Shown piece by piece: positions 25,840 through 38,620 of a stretch of DNA of 64,000 bases (within the stretch, counting starts at the first letter, position 1; the number at the start of each line of letters is the position of its first letter). The stretch covers positions 38,130,001 through 38,194,000 of the forward strand of contig NC_043015.1 of NCBI RefSeq assembly GCF_006345805.1, read 5' to 3'. The DNA comes from Octopus sinensis. Its lineage: Eukaryota. The notes under the pieces are model-generated. The model was not told the DNA's origin and made no database searches. It worked only from the letters and a program-made list of their open reading frames with translations. The position numbers and the translations under genes were made by a program.

Positions 25840-25956
25840 GAAAGAGAGAGAGGAGCAGACAGACAGATAGTCATGTATATATAAACTTATATATGCTCAG
25901 ATATATACATAAACATACATACATACATACACACGCATACATATATACATATACAT

Positions 25957-25987
<31 letters not shown>

Positions 25988-26884
25988 CGTACATATATGT
26001 ACATACATTCATATTTGTATATATATATAGATATATGTGTGTGTATTAAACATTATATATATATATACACACACACACACATACACACACACAGTTGAAT
26101 ACACATGTATAGATTTTTCTATTTTATATGTTATATTTATATATTTATCTATTTATGCATAAACATGTATACATGTCTGCATGTATGTATATATATATAT
26201 GTGTGTGTGTAGGAGTGTTTCTTTATGTACAGACACCGGCACACATGTGAACGATGTATATAGATGTGGAGGAATAAAATAGTTAAAATTTAGATTTTTG
26301 TGTGAAACTCCCCGACGTAAACACAGCATCAGACACCGTCCCAGTTATCACCCAATTAACAATGAGAGATTCAGGTCGTTGCACTCCGATCTCGCCTCAC
26401 GTTTCTAGAAGTACTCCTTCTTTTCTCTGCTTCTCTATTACAACAGCTTGTGATCACAGTTCGTTTCAGAGAAAGGGGGAAAGCAAGAGAGAGCAGAAGG
26501 AGAGAGAGAAAGAGAGGGCCGATGAAAGACAGAGAGGGTGGGTCAGTGAATGCGAAAGAGCTGTATCTCTCTTTCCCCTGCTCTTTTCTCTTTTCTCCTC
26601 TTCGTCTTTGCTCTACATGCAATGTTGATATGTAAACAGTGCAAGGGACTATAAAAACCACAAAGTGCTCCCTACACACAAACCGTCCAGACTGGACTGG
26701 GTCGATGACAGTGAAGTGTCTTGGTTATTGGTTATTGCTAACCAAGACAGGGAACTCTTCCATGCTGTGGTACCTAGGTGGACGGGGCCACTGACAGGGA
26801 TGCTGTTTCCATAAGAGAGACACAAATAGAGAATAGAACAAAACTAAACCTCGTTGAAACACGCGTGAATGTCTGTATGTATCA

Positions 26885-27113
26885 GAGCGGCGAGCTGGCA
26901 GAATCGTTAGCACGTCGGGCGAAATGCTTAGCGGTATTTCGTCTGCCGCTACGTTCTGAGTTCAAATTCCGCCGTGGTCGACTTTGCCTTTCATCCTTTC
27001 GGGGACGATTAAATAAGTACCAGTTACGCACTGGAGTCGATGTAATCGACTTAATCCCTTTGTCTGTCCTTGTTTGTCCTCCCTGTGTTTAGCCCCTTGT
27101 GGGTAGTAAAGAA
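26885..27113 (+). mobile_element. SINE family D, near full length
   Basis: Closely matches 22695-22925. Confidence 0.85.
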
Positions 27114-27382
27114 AAAATACATACACACACACACACTCATATACATGTATTGACAAACACTCACACACGCATTGTACTGGATCGAGGTGTCTAATGAGAT
27201 GAGGTTCGGTGGTGGTGGTCGTGGTGGTGGATAGGGATTGTGTAACGTCTGTCACTCTTTCAAAGATCATTTGCATTATAAATAAAGAGAACTAACATCA
27301 AAATGGCTCTGAAACAGAGTCGTGCACAATAAGGGGAGTTCATGGCATACCGAGTAAAGTTCATTGCAGTGAGATGTCGTAA

Positions 27383-27417
27383 GGGTAACGTTTCGGATCC
27401 TATTTCTTCATCAGAGC
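27383..27417 (-). ncRNA. Degenerate hammerhead ribozyme motif
   Basis: GCT CTGATGA AGAAATAGGATCC GAAACGTTA: both cores are intact with an AACGTT palindrome, but stem I is broken. Confidence 0.4.
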
Positions 27418-27454
27418 TATTTTTGCTGTCTTAAACCACGGAACTGCTGTCTTT

Positions 27455-27800
27455 TCTTATCTTTTTTTTTTTTTACTTGTTTCAGTCATTAGATTGTGGC
27501 CATACTGGGGCACCGCCTAAAAGAATTTTTAGTCGAATGAATCGACTCCTGGTATTTATCCTGTAGGTCTTAACCGTTCAGTTAAGGGGATGTAAATACA
27601 CCTACACTGGTTGTCAAGCGGTGAGTGAGGAGAACCCCCCCACAACACACACACACACAAACACACATACAACGGCCTGTTTTCAGCTTCCGTCTACAAA
27701 TCCACTCAACACTTTGATCGACCCGAGGCTATACGGGAAGACACTTGCCCAAAGTACCACGTGGTGGGACTGAACCCGGAACCACGTGGTTGGGAAGAAC
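27455..27800 (-). mobile_element. SINE family A, near full length
   Basis: Tail (TTTTACTTGTTTCAGTCATT..GGCCATACTGGGGCACCGCC), (CA)n, GAAGACACTTGCCCAA and tRNA-like head, all in reverse. Confidence 0.8.
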
Positions 27801-28900
27801 ACTTCTTACCACACTTCTTACCTGTGCCTGTTGTGTTCACTTTACATTTGTCTTTTTAAGGTGTCAGCATTTTCGTCGCATCCCTGCGTTCTGGTCACCG
27901 ACACAGTTCTACTGCATTCGTTGGAACATATTTTCTGATGGGCGCTTATGGACTTGTAGGTCGATTTTTTTGAACTTAAGTACATGCGAGTTTGTGTAAA
28001 GATGATGTCTGATCTCCTGATATCAGTCACTTTTGAACACTTCTCAGTTTCATTCGTCTCTTTGCTAATAAACTTCAAGCTAAAATTAACAATCCTCCCC
28101 CTTTTTTCCTCCTCCTTCCACCTTTTCTTCTTGGATGACAAGGGAAGGAAAAGAGGGATGATGCGTTAATAAGGATTCGAACGAGGAATGATTAACAGTG
28201 ACCGGTGTCAAGAGGTCAAACAGCAGCTTTACACAGACACATCTGTACAAATGGTCAAGAAGTCAAAAACGTGCTAAACTCACTAGCAACTAACGAAGTT
28301 ATTAAACAGGCCGCAGTGGTGCGACAAAAATTTTGATATCTCCCAAAATAAAACAGGAGTGAATATAGCAGATTTTGTTTGTTTTTTCATGGCTAAAATC
28401 GCCGTGGCATAAAGTACTTCAGTCTGTTACACAGAGCTTCAAATGAAGTCACGTAACAAACCGGTACAACTGTAAAATATAATGTTTCGTTTATTCCAGC
28501 GGATTGATGCATACATGACATACTTTATGGATTTTAAAATTGCACTTTGCCACCCTGGGTCACGAATAATGCGTAATTCAATACAAGTTGTAATATACTC
28601 ACTCACACACATTTGTACGTGTACATGATTTAGTGTTTGCATACATACATACATACATACATACATACATACATACATTCATACACACATACATACACAC
28701 ATATTTACATATATTGGTAGAGAGGTATAGTTCCATATGCACACACAGATACAAGCATACACACGCATATATATACACATATAAGTGCATATATATGTAT
28801 ATACACACACAATATATATATATGCACAAACACATACACACACGCACATATATATATCTACATATATACACACATACACATACACACACATACATATATA

Positions 28901-28942
<42 letters not shown>

Positions 28943-29495
28943 CATAATATATACACATACATACATGTAGACACACACACACACCTTTATTATACATCTG
29001 TATATAAAAGTATATGTCTTTGTGTATTAATATATCTCTATAAAATACATTTAATATATTATAGACACACACACATGCACACACGCACACACACACATGC
29101 CTGTGTATATGTGTGTGTGTGTGTGTATCAGTGATTCAATGTCGCAGCTGAAGTGTAAAATAAATCACCGGTAACTGAATACCCTGGGGAAGTGGATTGT
29201 GATGGCGACGGCAAGGTTAGGGTAGAAAAAGAAGTCGTCGCAGTGTGATGGAAAGGGTGGTGGTGGTGGTGGTGGTGGTGGTGTGTGTGTGTGTAGTAGT
29301 AGAGCTGGTGAGTAGTAATAGCAGTAGTAGTAGTAGCATCGTGTGGTGGTGGTGATGATGTGATAATGAAGCGGTGGTGGCACAATAATGATGAGGGGAT
29401 TGGTGATGTGTTGAGTAGGTTTTATGTCAATATTTTCATTCCCATACCTCAACATAAGGCAATAAGACAAAGAAACACGCACAGCTATGCACACA

Positions 29496-29536
<41 letters not shown>

Positions 29537-31173
29537 ACATTCAGTTCTACTGTCACGCTCAAATTGTGTGTGTGAGACACACTGCTTGTTACATATAAAA
29601 ACAGTTCAACGCAGCTATATGTGCAACACATCGCCCACCGAATACATCAAGTCTTGATATAAAATTCAAAGAAAGTCTTGGCAAGGTGAAAGAAACCGAA
29701 CCCGGAGGGACCAAAATCTCATTGTATGCCAATTATGTGACTTTCAACATTCCCAACCTGAAGTCGCCAGAACACATTCTTTTGGGTATATTATGGCAGA
29801 ATCTTAGACAGAGTCTCTGCTTTGACCTTATCGTTATTCTTTTCTACAACCAGAAGCAACAACAAACTAGAATCTTTGCTTCAGGAATACTGTAGAAATC
29901 ATTCATTATATAATGGTGATTTCTAACCTCTTTTCTGATCATACATTATAAAATTAACGCAGCATGCCACATAACAAATAGAACACGTAGCTCAGCACCC
30001 CAACAGAATGCTCACAATTCTGTCAAAGGGGAATTTCCACAAGATTCCATAGAAATCAGCTGAGATCGAATTCTGTGAATTTTGTAAGATGAACTGAACT
30101 CAGTTTTATTCTCTGTGTGAAAAAGTTAGATGCAAGAAATACGCAATAAGTTAATTCCAAATAAGAAAGTTCGATGGTGTTGGAAAAAATATTATCCCTA
30201 GAATAGGAAAATCGTTATGAGAAGCAAAAAAAAAAACGGTCTGGCTGGTTTGAAAAGAAAAGAAACCAACTAAAAATGCTATGTATTCCTCAAAGATATG
30301 GAAGTGGACCCGGCGATTCAGCAAAAAAAAAAAAAAAAAAATCGCAGGAAACAGTTTAAAATGTGATATAATAGAGAATTAGAAGCACAGAAGACTTTTC
30401 CATGAAGACTGACCATATTAATGAAGCAAAAAGACCAGTTTTGATTGGAGAAGACACAAAAACCAATGAAATGTCATAAACTTTGCAATATGATAAAAGA
30501 CTGGATACCAAAGAAATTGAACAATTGAGAAAAACTGGATCCCGAAAGGATGAAGGGCAAAGTTGACCTTGGTGGAATTTGAACTCAGAGCGTAAAGACT
30601 GACGAAATGCCGCTAAGCAATTTGCCCGCTCGCTGCTTTAGATGATGATGATGATGATGATGATGTTTGCCATCGACAAAGGGTTGACAAAAACATTGGG
30701 TAGAATAAGGATTGCATAAAAGAGAAGAGGATTAGGAAGTTCTTTCGTTGGTCGCAAAATCGCCAGAGTTCAGCCCAAGATTAAAAACAGAGACACACGA
30801 CAGAATTATTTTACATGAAAAGAAGAAACAAAACAAAAGCCGAGAACAAAAGAGACATCCGCCTTGTTTATCTATTTATTCATTTATATATATGTATATA
30901 TATGTATCTTTGACAACAATAACCTTAGTAACAAGATTTCGTGTGTCTGTGAAGCTTATTGTTTTGCCAGAATGTCGGTGTGACTTCGTGACAAATATCG
31001 AAAGTGTCCAAAACATTAGAGAGGACGAAACAATGTCGTAATGTCCGAGTATCAAAGACTATCCACCCAAGCGGCCTGAAAACATACACTCGCTTCCGTC
31101 CATGTCTTTGCCTACCGTCGCTATTGTTTAAATATCTCTACATCCGGGATATTTTCTCGAGTCTAACCCCCAC

Positions 31174-31214
<41 letters not shown>

Positions 31215-31240
31215 GCGAGCTCCATTCTGTATAACACTCG

Positions 31241-31253
31241 GTTGCCTAGCAAC
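31241..31253. promoter_or_regulatory. Candidate RFX X-box GTTGCCTAGCAAC
   Basis: Full 13-bp match to the RFX/EF-C inverted-repeat site, in non-repetitive sequence. Confidence 0.4.
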
Positions 31254-32199
31254 ATACTCGTCCCGAAGTCTCTCAAATGAAATTACTTGGTTTACTCGCA
31301 ACACTTGTGATTATTAACAAATCATTTATTTATTGAGACTCCCAACACACTTACATATACATACATGCATACATACATACACACACATACATACATGCAT
31401 ACATACATACATACATACATACATACATACATACACACACATACATACATGCATACATACATACATACATACATACACATACATACATGCATACATACAT
31501 ACATACATACATACATACATACATACATACATACACACACATACATACATGCATACATACATACATAATACTCCCTCTCGCTTGTAGGGAGGGAGCCTGT
31601 ATCCCTTGTCAGCCATTAGAAAAGTGCTCTCACGAGGCTAAGAGTAGTTTGACTCTTATTTCTAGCAATGCTGCTGCTTACTAGGACCCAGCCTCACTTT
31701 AGTGACGACTATACATATTGCCTACCGGTTCTAAATTGCGAATAGCTACCTTAATAATCTTTATATACATATATGTGTGCGCGCGCGTGTAATTATATAC
31801 ATACGTATACATACATACATATACATATATACATACATACATACATATATATATGTGTGTGTGTGTGTGTGTTATTTGACACACTCGCCGGTTCGATTTC
31901 CACTCATTTAGTTATTTTTCTTTTCTAAACTTTCCGTTGCATCTTGAAACCTTTTCAATAGTCGTCGACTCTGTCTGTTGTCAGAGTTGCCATCTTTTTG
32001 TTTGTTTATTTGCGCGCATGTGTGTGCGTCAGTGTGCATGTGTGTACACATATGTATGTATGTATGTGTATGAGTATGTATGTATGTGTATGAGTATGTA
32101 TGTATGTGTATGTGTGTGCTTGTCTGTTCATATTACCTTTGTACCTATCAATCAATTTACCTGTCTGTTTACTTACATATCCATTTACCTACATATATA

Positions 32200-32740
32200 C
32201 AGAGTATCCCAAAAGTCACTGACAGCTTTCAATTTTTAATAACTTCCTTATCTTTACAAATAAATGCATGAAATTTTAATACCAACATAAAGGACATAAT
32301 GGAAATTAATATTCACAAATCAAATTTTGCAACACCGCTCTACATCATTTATGAAAAATGACATCGCTTAAATGGCAGCCATTTTCGGCTTCGTACGCCC
32401 GTGCTCTTTCCAAAATTTGCACCATAACACCCTCAAGTGATTCAGACCCCACATCTCTGATTTCTCTGTTGATATTCTCCTTCAGTTGCACCAGAGTCTC
32501 TGGTTTGTTGACGTAAACCCTTTCTTTCAGGCCAGTCGACATTGCCGTAGCGGAAGATTATTCTCTTTCCAAAGAACTGCTGTAGCAACTGTATGGTTTC
32601 TTTTGCAGTATGAGCAGTTGCTCCATCTTACTGCAACTGTATGTGAGGTCTACTTTGAATGGTCTTCTCGCACCCCAGACTTGACTAACCAGGATTTTTT
32701 CATGTGGGGATACCTGAAAAAGAGAGTTTACGTCAAAAAC
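32200..32740 (-). mobile_element. Tc1/mariner-superfamily transposase 3' fragment with one TIR and an inverted internal segment
   Basis: TA-CAGAGTATCCCAAAAGTCAC terminus at 32198. Minus strand LKERVYVNKPETLVQLKENI..ENGCHLSDVIFHK; plus strand FEWSSRTPDLTNQDFFMWGYLKKRVYV. Confidence 0.7.
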
Positions 32741-32890
32741 CGGTGTTGGCGTGTTTACGTCCCGGTAACTCAGGGGTTCGGCAAAACACACCGAGAGAAT
32801 AAGTACTCGCCTTTAAAAGCATGCGTATTAGGGTCGATTCGTTCCACTGAAATTCTTCCCGGCGTGCCCCAGTATGGCCGCAGACTAAAT
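32738..32890 (+). mobile_element. SINE family A tail
   Basis: AACCGGTGTTGGCGTGTTTACGTCCC..GGTTCGGCAAAA..GAATAAGTACT..CAGTATGGCCGCAG. Confidence 0.7.
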
Positions 32891-33090
32891 CTCTTTGTAC
32901 ATAGATTATTCTAATGGAGGGAAGTGTTCGGGCAAGTTATATACATACATACATACATACATACATACACACATACATACATACATACATACATACATAC
33001 ACACACACCACACATAACATACATATTTATTGATGAATAACAAGGAAATAGAAATCATGTAATCAACCTCTATCTGTCTCTGTCTCTCTT

Positions 33091-33121
<31 letters not shown>

Positions 33122-33126
33122 AATAT

Positions 33127-33179
<53 letters not shown>

Positions 33180-33249
33180 CATACATACATACATATTACA
33201 TACGTACATACATACATTTATATTTACATACATATACGTATGTATATTA

Positions 33250-33288
<39 letters not shown>

Positions 33289-33458
33289 TAATATATATAT
33301 ATATATATATTATGTGAAATAGAAAGATGAATAATCTTGTAGTAGATTAATCAAAAGTTAACCGATACCTTAGTAGCAAAATCACAGCAGTGAACAGCAC
33401 GGTTGGAGGTACAACCATCTGGCGTTGCAAACCGTGCGTTGGTGCGGATAATTGAAAT

Positions 33459-33934
33459 TAAAACATTATGGTGAATTGAAGAAATGGAGCTGAACGCAGA
33501 TTGAACAGAAATCGTTTTATTTCATTCTACACGTGTTTCGAAAGGCACAAATTACCAAAATCCGATTGAATAATGGGACCATATTGTGTCTTTCTCTTCA
33601 GGAAGAAAAAAGGAAATCCGTTTGGAAAAAAAAAAAACAGAACAGAGGCAAGCAAAAAACAAATCGAACTGTGCTCCTAAGAGCCATGGCGAAACTGTTT
33701 ATCAGTGTATGTGCTCTTAGGAGCACAGTTCGATTGTTTTTGCTCTGCCTCTGTTCTGTTTTTGTTTTTCCAACGGATTCCTTTTTTCTTCCTGAAGAGA
33801 AAGACACAATATGGTCCCATTATTCAATCGGATTTTGGTAATTTGTGCCTTCGAAACACTGTGTAGAATGAAATAAAACGATTTCTGTTCAATCTGCGTT
33901 CAGCTCCATTTCTTCATTCACCAATAATGTTTTA
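33459..33934. repeat. Near-perfect fold-back (arms ~225 bp, 28-nt loop) with a hammerhead motif in each arm
   Basis: Arms 33459-33684 and 33713-33934. Hammerhead motifs at 33525-33604 (-) and 33789-33868 (+). Confidence 0.9.
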
Positions 33935-34037
33935 TATATAGATATATATATATATATACATATGTGTATATATACAGACATTTATATATATTTACATACA
34001 TATATGTATATATATATATAATATATATAGATAGATA

Positions 34038-34199
34038 CTTTATTTTAAGCAGCAGAAAATTCAACAAAATCTGTTACTCTGAGTTTCTCGTTGCCGTTCA
34101 TCAGACAGTTTTTGCTAGATTCAGCAAAAACTGTCTGATGAACGGCAACGAGAACTCAGAGTAACAGATTTTGTTGAATTTCTGCTGCTTAAAATAAAG
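34038..34199. repeat. Near-perfect fold-back (arms ~78 bp, 6-nt loop) with a hammerhead motif in each arm
   Basis: Arms 34038-34116 and 34123-34199. Motif CTGT CTGATGA ACGGCAACGA GAAAC TCAGA GTA ACAG. Confidence 0.9.
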
Positions 34200-34924
34200 C
34201 ATATTACTCTACCACTGGTATTTGAGTACTCTTTTTTCCACCTTGTTTCACATTTATGTGTTTACTCCGGTCTAGATAGATAGATAGATAGATAGATACA
34301 TACATACATACATACATACATACATACATACATACATACATACATACAAATAAATACATGGCACACACACACATATATGAGTATATATGCAAATATTTGC
34401 TCTCCAAACTTGCATGCATCTCTATTTTTGTGTGTTGACAGTGTTTGAGTGTTGGTTTTTTTCTGTGAGTATACAAAACGCGTGCGCGCACACACACACA
34501 CATACGTCAGTAAGTGTGTCAGTGTGTACGAGAATTGTTCTGCACCCAATCACTCCTTAAGCATACACGACGACCATCACCACTGACAACAACAACAGCA
34601 ACACCGTCAACCTTTCTCTCTATCATTGTTTTCGATGTTGTTCTTTGATAAACATCCCAACGAACAATCATTTTACAGGCTATTAACGCTCCCTCTTTCT
34701 CTTTTCTCCCTGTCTTTCTATCACCTCTCTCTCTCTTTCTCTCTCTCTTTATCATCTCTGTTTAAATGTATACACGTGTGTAGGTGTGTGTAGTTTACAC
34801 ACACACACCTGTGTAGATGTGTGTAGTTTACACATACACACTCACCACACACACTCACCACACACACATAAGCACCCATATACACACACAGACGGTGAAT
34901 CACTGAAAAGGTCGCAAATGGACA

Positions 34925-35600
34925 CACTTTCCTGATTATTCTGGCCATGCCAAGGAAGCAAACCTTTTGTAACAGTTCTACTGGACACTCTATTCCAATT
35001 TCCTTTATATTCCCCTTGGTGCCTTCCGACATTGTTCCCAAGGACCCAACAATAATTGACACTATCTTCACATTCTTCATTTTCCATAGAAGAGCTATTT
35101 TCGTACTTAAGAGGGTTGTATTTATCTATTTTTCGCCTTCCTTCTTGACTATTCGTGGGCCATAACCATAACCACTAGGTCCGGTCTGTTATGCTCTTGC
35201 ACCTGATCTGTTTGAATAGGGAAATCCCAGAGTCTCCAACTCCATTACTCTCTGCGGTTTGTGCTCATACCACATCTTGCCTCTCTCCAGCCCCCACTTT
35301 TCGTACAGTTTCCAATGTAGCACTTTCGCTACCTGGCCATGTCACCACAATTTGTAAATGATTTTGGGCAAGTCTAAGGCACTCGTTCGTAATATGGACA
35401 ATGGTTTCATCCACTCTATTGCAGATGCGGCACAACGGAAACACTTGCTCATTCCTCGGGTTAACGCTCCAGGTCATGGCCATAGCTTGGTCTTGCGCTG
35501 TCAATATAATGCTCACAGCTTCTTTTTTTAATGTTCCTTTCATCAGCCAATACCACCTATTTTTTCCAGCAACTTCTGTTGTGGTTACTTGGGATTGATT
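34925..35600 (-). mobile_element. R4/Dong-type LINE 3' fragment (CCHC knuckle plus RLE)
   Basis: KGTLKKE..AQDQA..CRICNRVDETIVHITNEC, then WDFPIQTDQ..RPDL and MKNVKIVSIIVGSLGT..QKVCFLGMARIIRKV. Confidence 0.85.
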
Positions 35601-35835
35601 GTGTAATCCCTTGTTGTGTAATTCTTCATGTCCTTTTCCTTTTGTCTTCCTTTTTTTCGGCTTTCACGCTTTCACTACTCCCTCATTCCTGACACTAGCA
35701 AGGTTTCCACACTTAGGGCTAGGTATCTCATTAAACTCTCGAGTTCGATATGTACGCAGTCTTCCACTCTTATCAGTTCCCTTCCTCTATTTGCTCTCTT
35801 CATGTATGAGCGTATTATTATTATCATTTTACATG

Positions 35836-35880
<45 letters not shown>

Positions 35881-35959
35881 TAAACAACAATATTATCGGC
35901 AGTGACTTCGAAGTCACTGTCAGTAATATTCTTGCTTAAGAATAATATATTTTACACTA

Positions 35960-36047
35960 CGAAGCCTTGGGAAGGGATTTGGTAGACGGAAACTGAAAAA
36001 AGAGCATCGTATACATATATATGTATATGTATATATATATATCTAAA

Positions 36048-36096
<49 letters not shown>

Positions 36097-36350
36097 ATAT
36101 ATATATATATATATACTATATCATGTGGTGTGTGTGTGTGTTTTTGTATCTGCGTCTGTCCCTCCCCATCACCGCTTGACAACCGGTGTTAGTGTGTTTA
36201 CGTCCAGTAAAGTATCGGTTCGGCAAAAGAGACAGATGGAATAGTTACTAGGCTTTAAAAAAATTTAAGTCCTTGGGTCGGTTTGTTTGATTCAAACCCT
36301 TCAAGGCGGTGCTCCAGCATGGCCGCAGTTAAATGACTGATCCAGTTAAA
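35960..36350 (+). mobile_element. SINE family A (5'-truncated) with internal (TA)n
   Basis: GGATTTGGTAGACGGAAACTGA, then microsatellite, then the family A tail. Confidence 0.8.
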
Positions 36351-36859
36351 ATAATACGTATGTATGTATATGTGTGTGTGTGTGTGTGTGTATTTGGACA
36401 ACCAAGATAAATAAGACCGTCTGTATGTGTATGTGTGAGCAACTGTCCGTCTGTGCGTCTGTGTGTGTGTGTGTGTGGGTGGGTGGGTGTGTATGTACAT
36501 TCTACGTATATACGATTATGTATATATATATGTGTGTGTCAGCCTCTAATTGTGTTTGCATTTACTTATATAGCTACGTAACTAATTTAACTATGTTTGC
36601 ATGTCTCTCTGCACGTCTGCTAATCCATTTATCTATCTGTCTGTCTGTCTGTCTGTCTACCTGCCTGTCTGACTATCTATCAATCTATCTATCTATCGAT
36701 CGATCGATCGATCTATCTATATTTCTCTCTGTTTGCCTGTCTGCGCGGTTTTCATTATTTCGATAGCCCTACTGTAACCATGGTAACGACCCATATTAGT
36801 AGATAGCGGCCATATTTGTAGTGTTTTGTAAATAAAGACTTCGCGGATTCATTGTCATG

Positions 36860-36968
<109 letters not shown>

Positions 36969-37217
36969 AAGCTGACAATTGAAATCTGCTGCGCAGATAC
37001 AGATTGAACAGCTATAAAAACGTTTTATCTCTTATATATATATATATAGGTAAATTCATACCTACCTAACCAACTACATACATACATGCATGCATGCATA
37101 TATATGTATATTTAAATGATTAAAAAATCATATATATATTTATATGTATGTGTGTGTATATACATACATACATAGACACACACATATACACGCATGCATA
37201 TATATTTAAATGATAAA

Positions 37218-37308
<91 letters not shown>

Positions 37309-37373
37309 ATAAGTATATGTTGTGTGGTTATATACATGCACACACATATACACACATGCATGTATATATATAT

Positions 37374-37478
<105 letters not shown>

Positions 37479-37494
37479 CTGACAGACAGACATA

Positions 37495-37800
37495 TTTCTC
37501 AGCCAGGCAAGCGGTGTATTAGGTCGTCTGCTCTGTAGCTCTCGGTTACGGTTCTTGCTGAGTTGCGACGACTGAGTTCGCCAGTCACAGAAGCCGTTCT
37601 TCAAATGCCGTGCTATTCCTTACCGTCCTCTGTTGTGGTTCCATATACAAACAATCGAAACACCGAATGCGTCTGCCTTTCAGTCTTGTTCTAACAAGAT
37701 ACGCAAAGTCTTGTACATCTTTCGCAATAATGTCCCCGGCTGCGACATTGTCTTCATGTGTTTCCATAAATCGTGGATGGAGTAACATTTGTGTGACGGA
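37495..37800 (+). mobile_element. RTE-clade LINE fragment (post-RT region), highly decayed
   Basis: SQASGVLGRL..AVLFLTVLCCG..IYKQ resembles the RTE thumb region. Confidence 0.4.
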
Positions 37801-38139
37801 CGTTTTTCTTCTGATCATTTTTTTAAAGGATGGTGAAGAATGTATCGACGATTCTCTAAATAGACTTTGGTGTACGAACGACTGCGTGAATGGGTTTGGC
37901 ATACTTGTCAGGATGTTGCACTCGTAGTCGTAAGATTGTGGTTTCGATTCCCGGGCCGGTAAAAATGAGTAACTCATCGATGGACTAGCGGCCCGTCCAG
38001 GGATGAATATATGCTCCACGAAAACTGGGAAACCGACCCTATGAGCCTATACGACACGGGAATGATGTTATACGAACGACTAACTCCCTGCCTCGTATAG
38101 ATCTCTTATGATGACCTCGGAGGGTCTCGTGGTTTGCTC

Positions 38140-38620
38140 TAAAGTGAGTGATGCTAAAGAGTTTTGCAATTTGCTATGACTAAACATAATCGTTCACGAA
38201 TCGTGAATGGCCTCTTCCAGCATTGCTTGGGGAAAGAAAAAGAGATTGAGAATAACACAGGTGCCAATACACCTCTCTGTTGAATACCTTTTGCGACTGC
38301 AAATGCATCTGACTCGTTTCCTGTGTTGCTGTTCCTTGCCGTCATACCAATGACTAAGGCCTCCACTATGGATGGGAATCTCTTACCACTACACAGTATA
38401 CTGAACACATGTGGAAAGTCTTCAAAAACCACGTCTAGAAACTATGGCCGTCTTAACAGCATCATGGGGCTCTGGGTAAATCAATCGACTTGGTCTTATA
38501 TTTACTTATCGACAGGAAGCTACAGTAAACACAGATTAGAATTGGGTCCTTTGACACGTATGACGCCCTATCAACTGTTCCAGTATGTCCATTCTTTAAG
38601 ACAGCACTGTTAGAGACTTG
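38140..38620 (-). mobile_element. RTE-clade LINE RT fragment
   Basis: IDL.RA.DAV..GMTAR..GNESDAFAVAKGIQQRGVLAPVLFSI, matching RTE RT motifs (GVKQGCVLAPxLF). Confidence 0.65.

Noticed and set aside
27842-28141. 99-aa minus-strand ORF (MSSKKKRW..)
   Set aside because: No recognisable domain, and the start lies in a purine tract.
33685-33712. Palindrome as a sequencing-adapter fold-back artefact
   Set aside because: The loop is not a SMRTbell-type adapter sequence and similar structures recur with different sequences. It is not fully excluded without raw reads.
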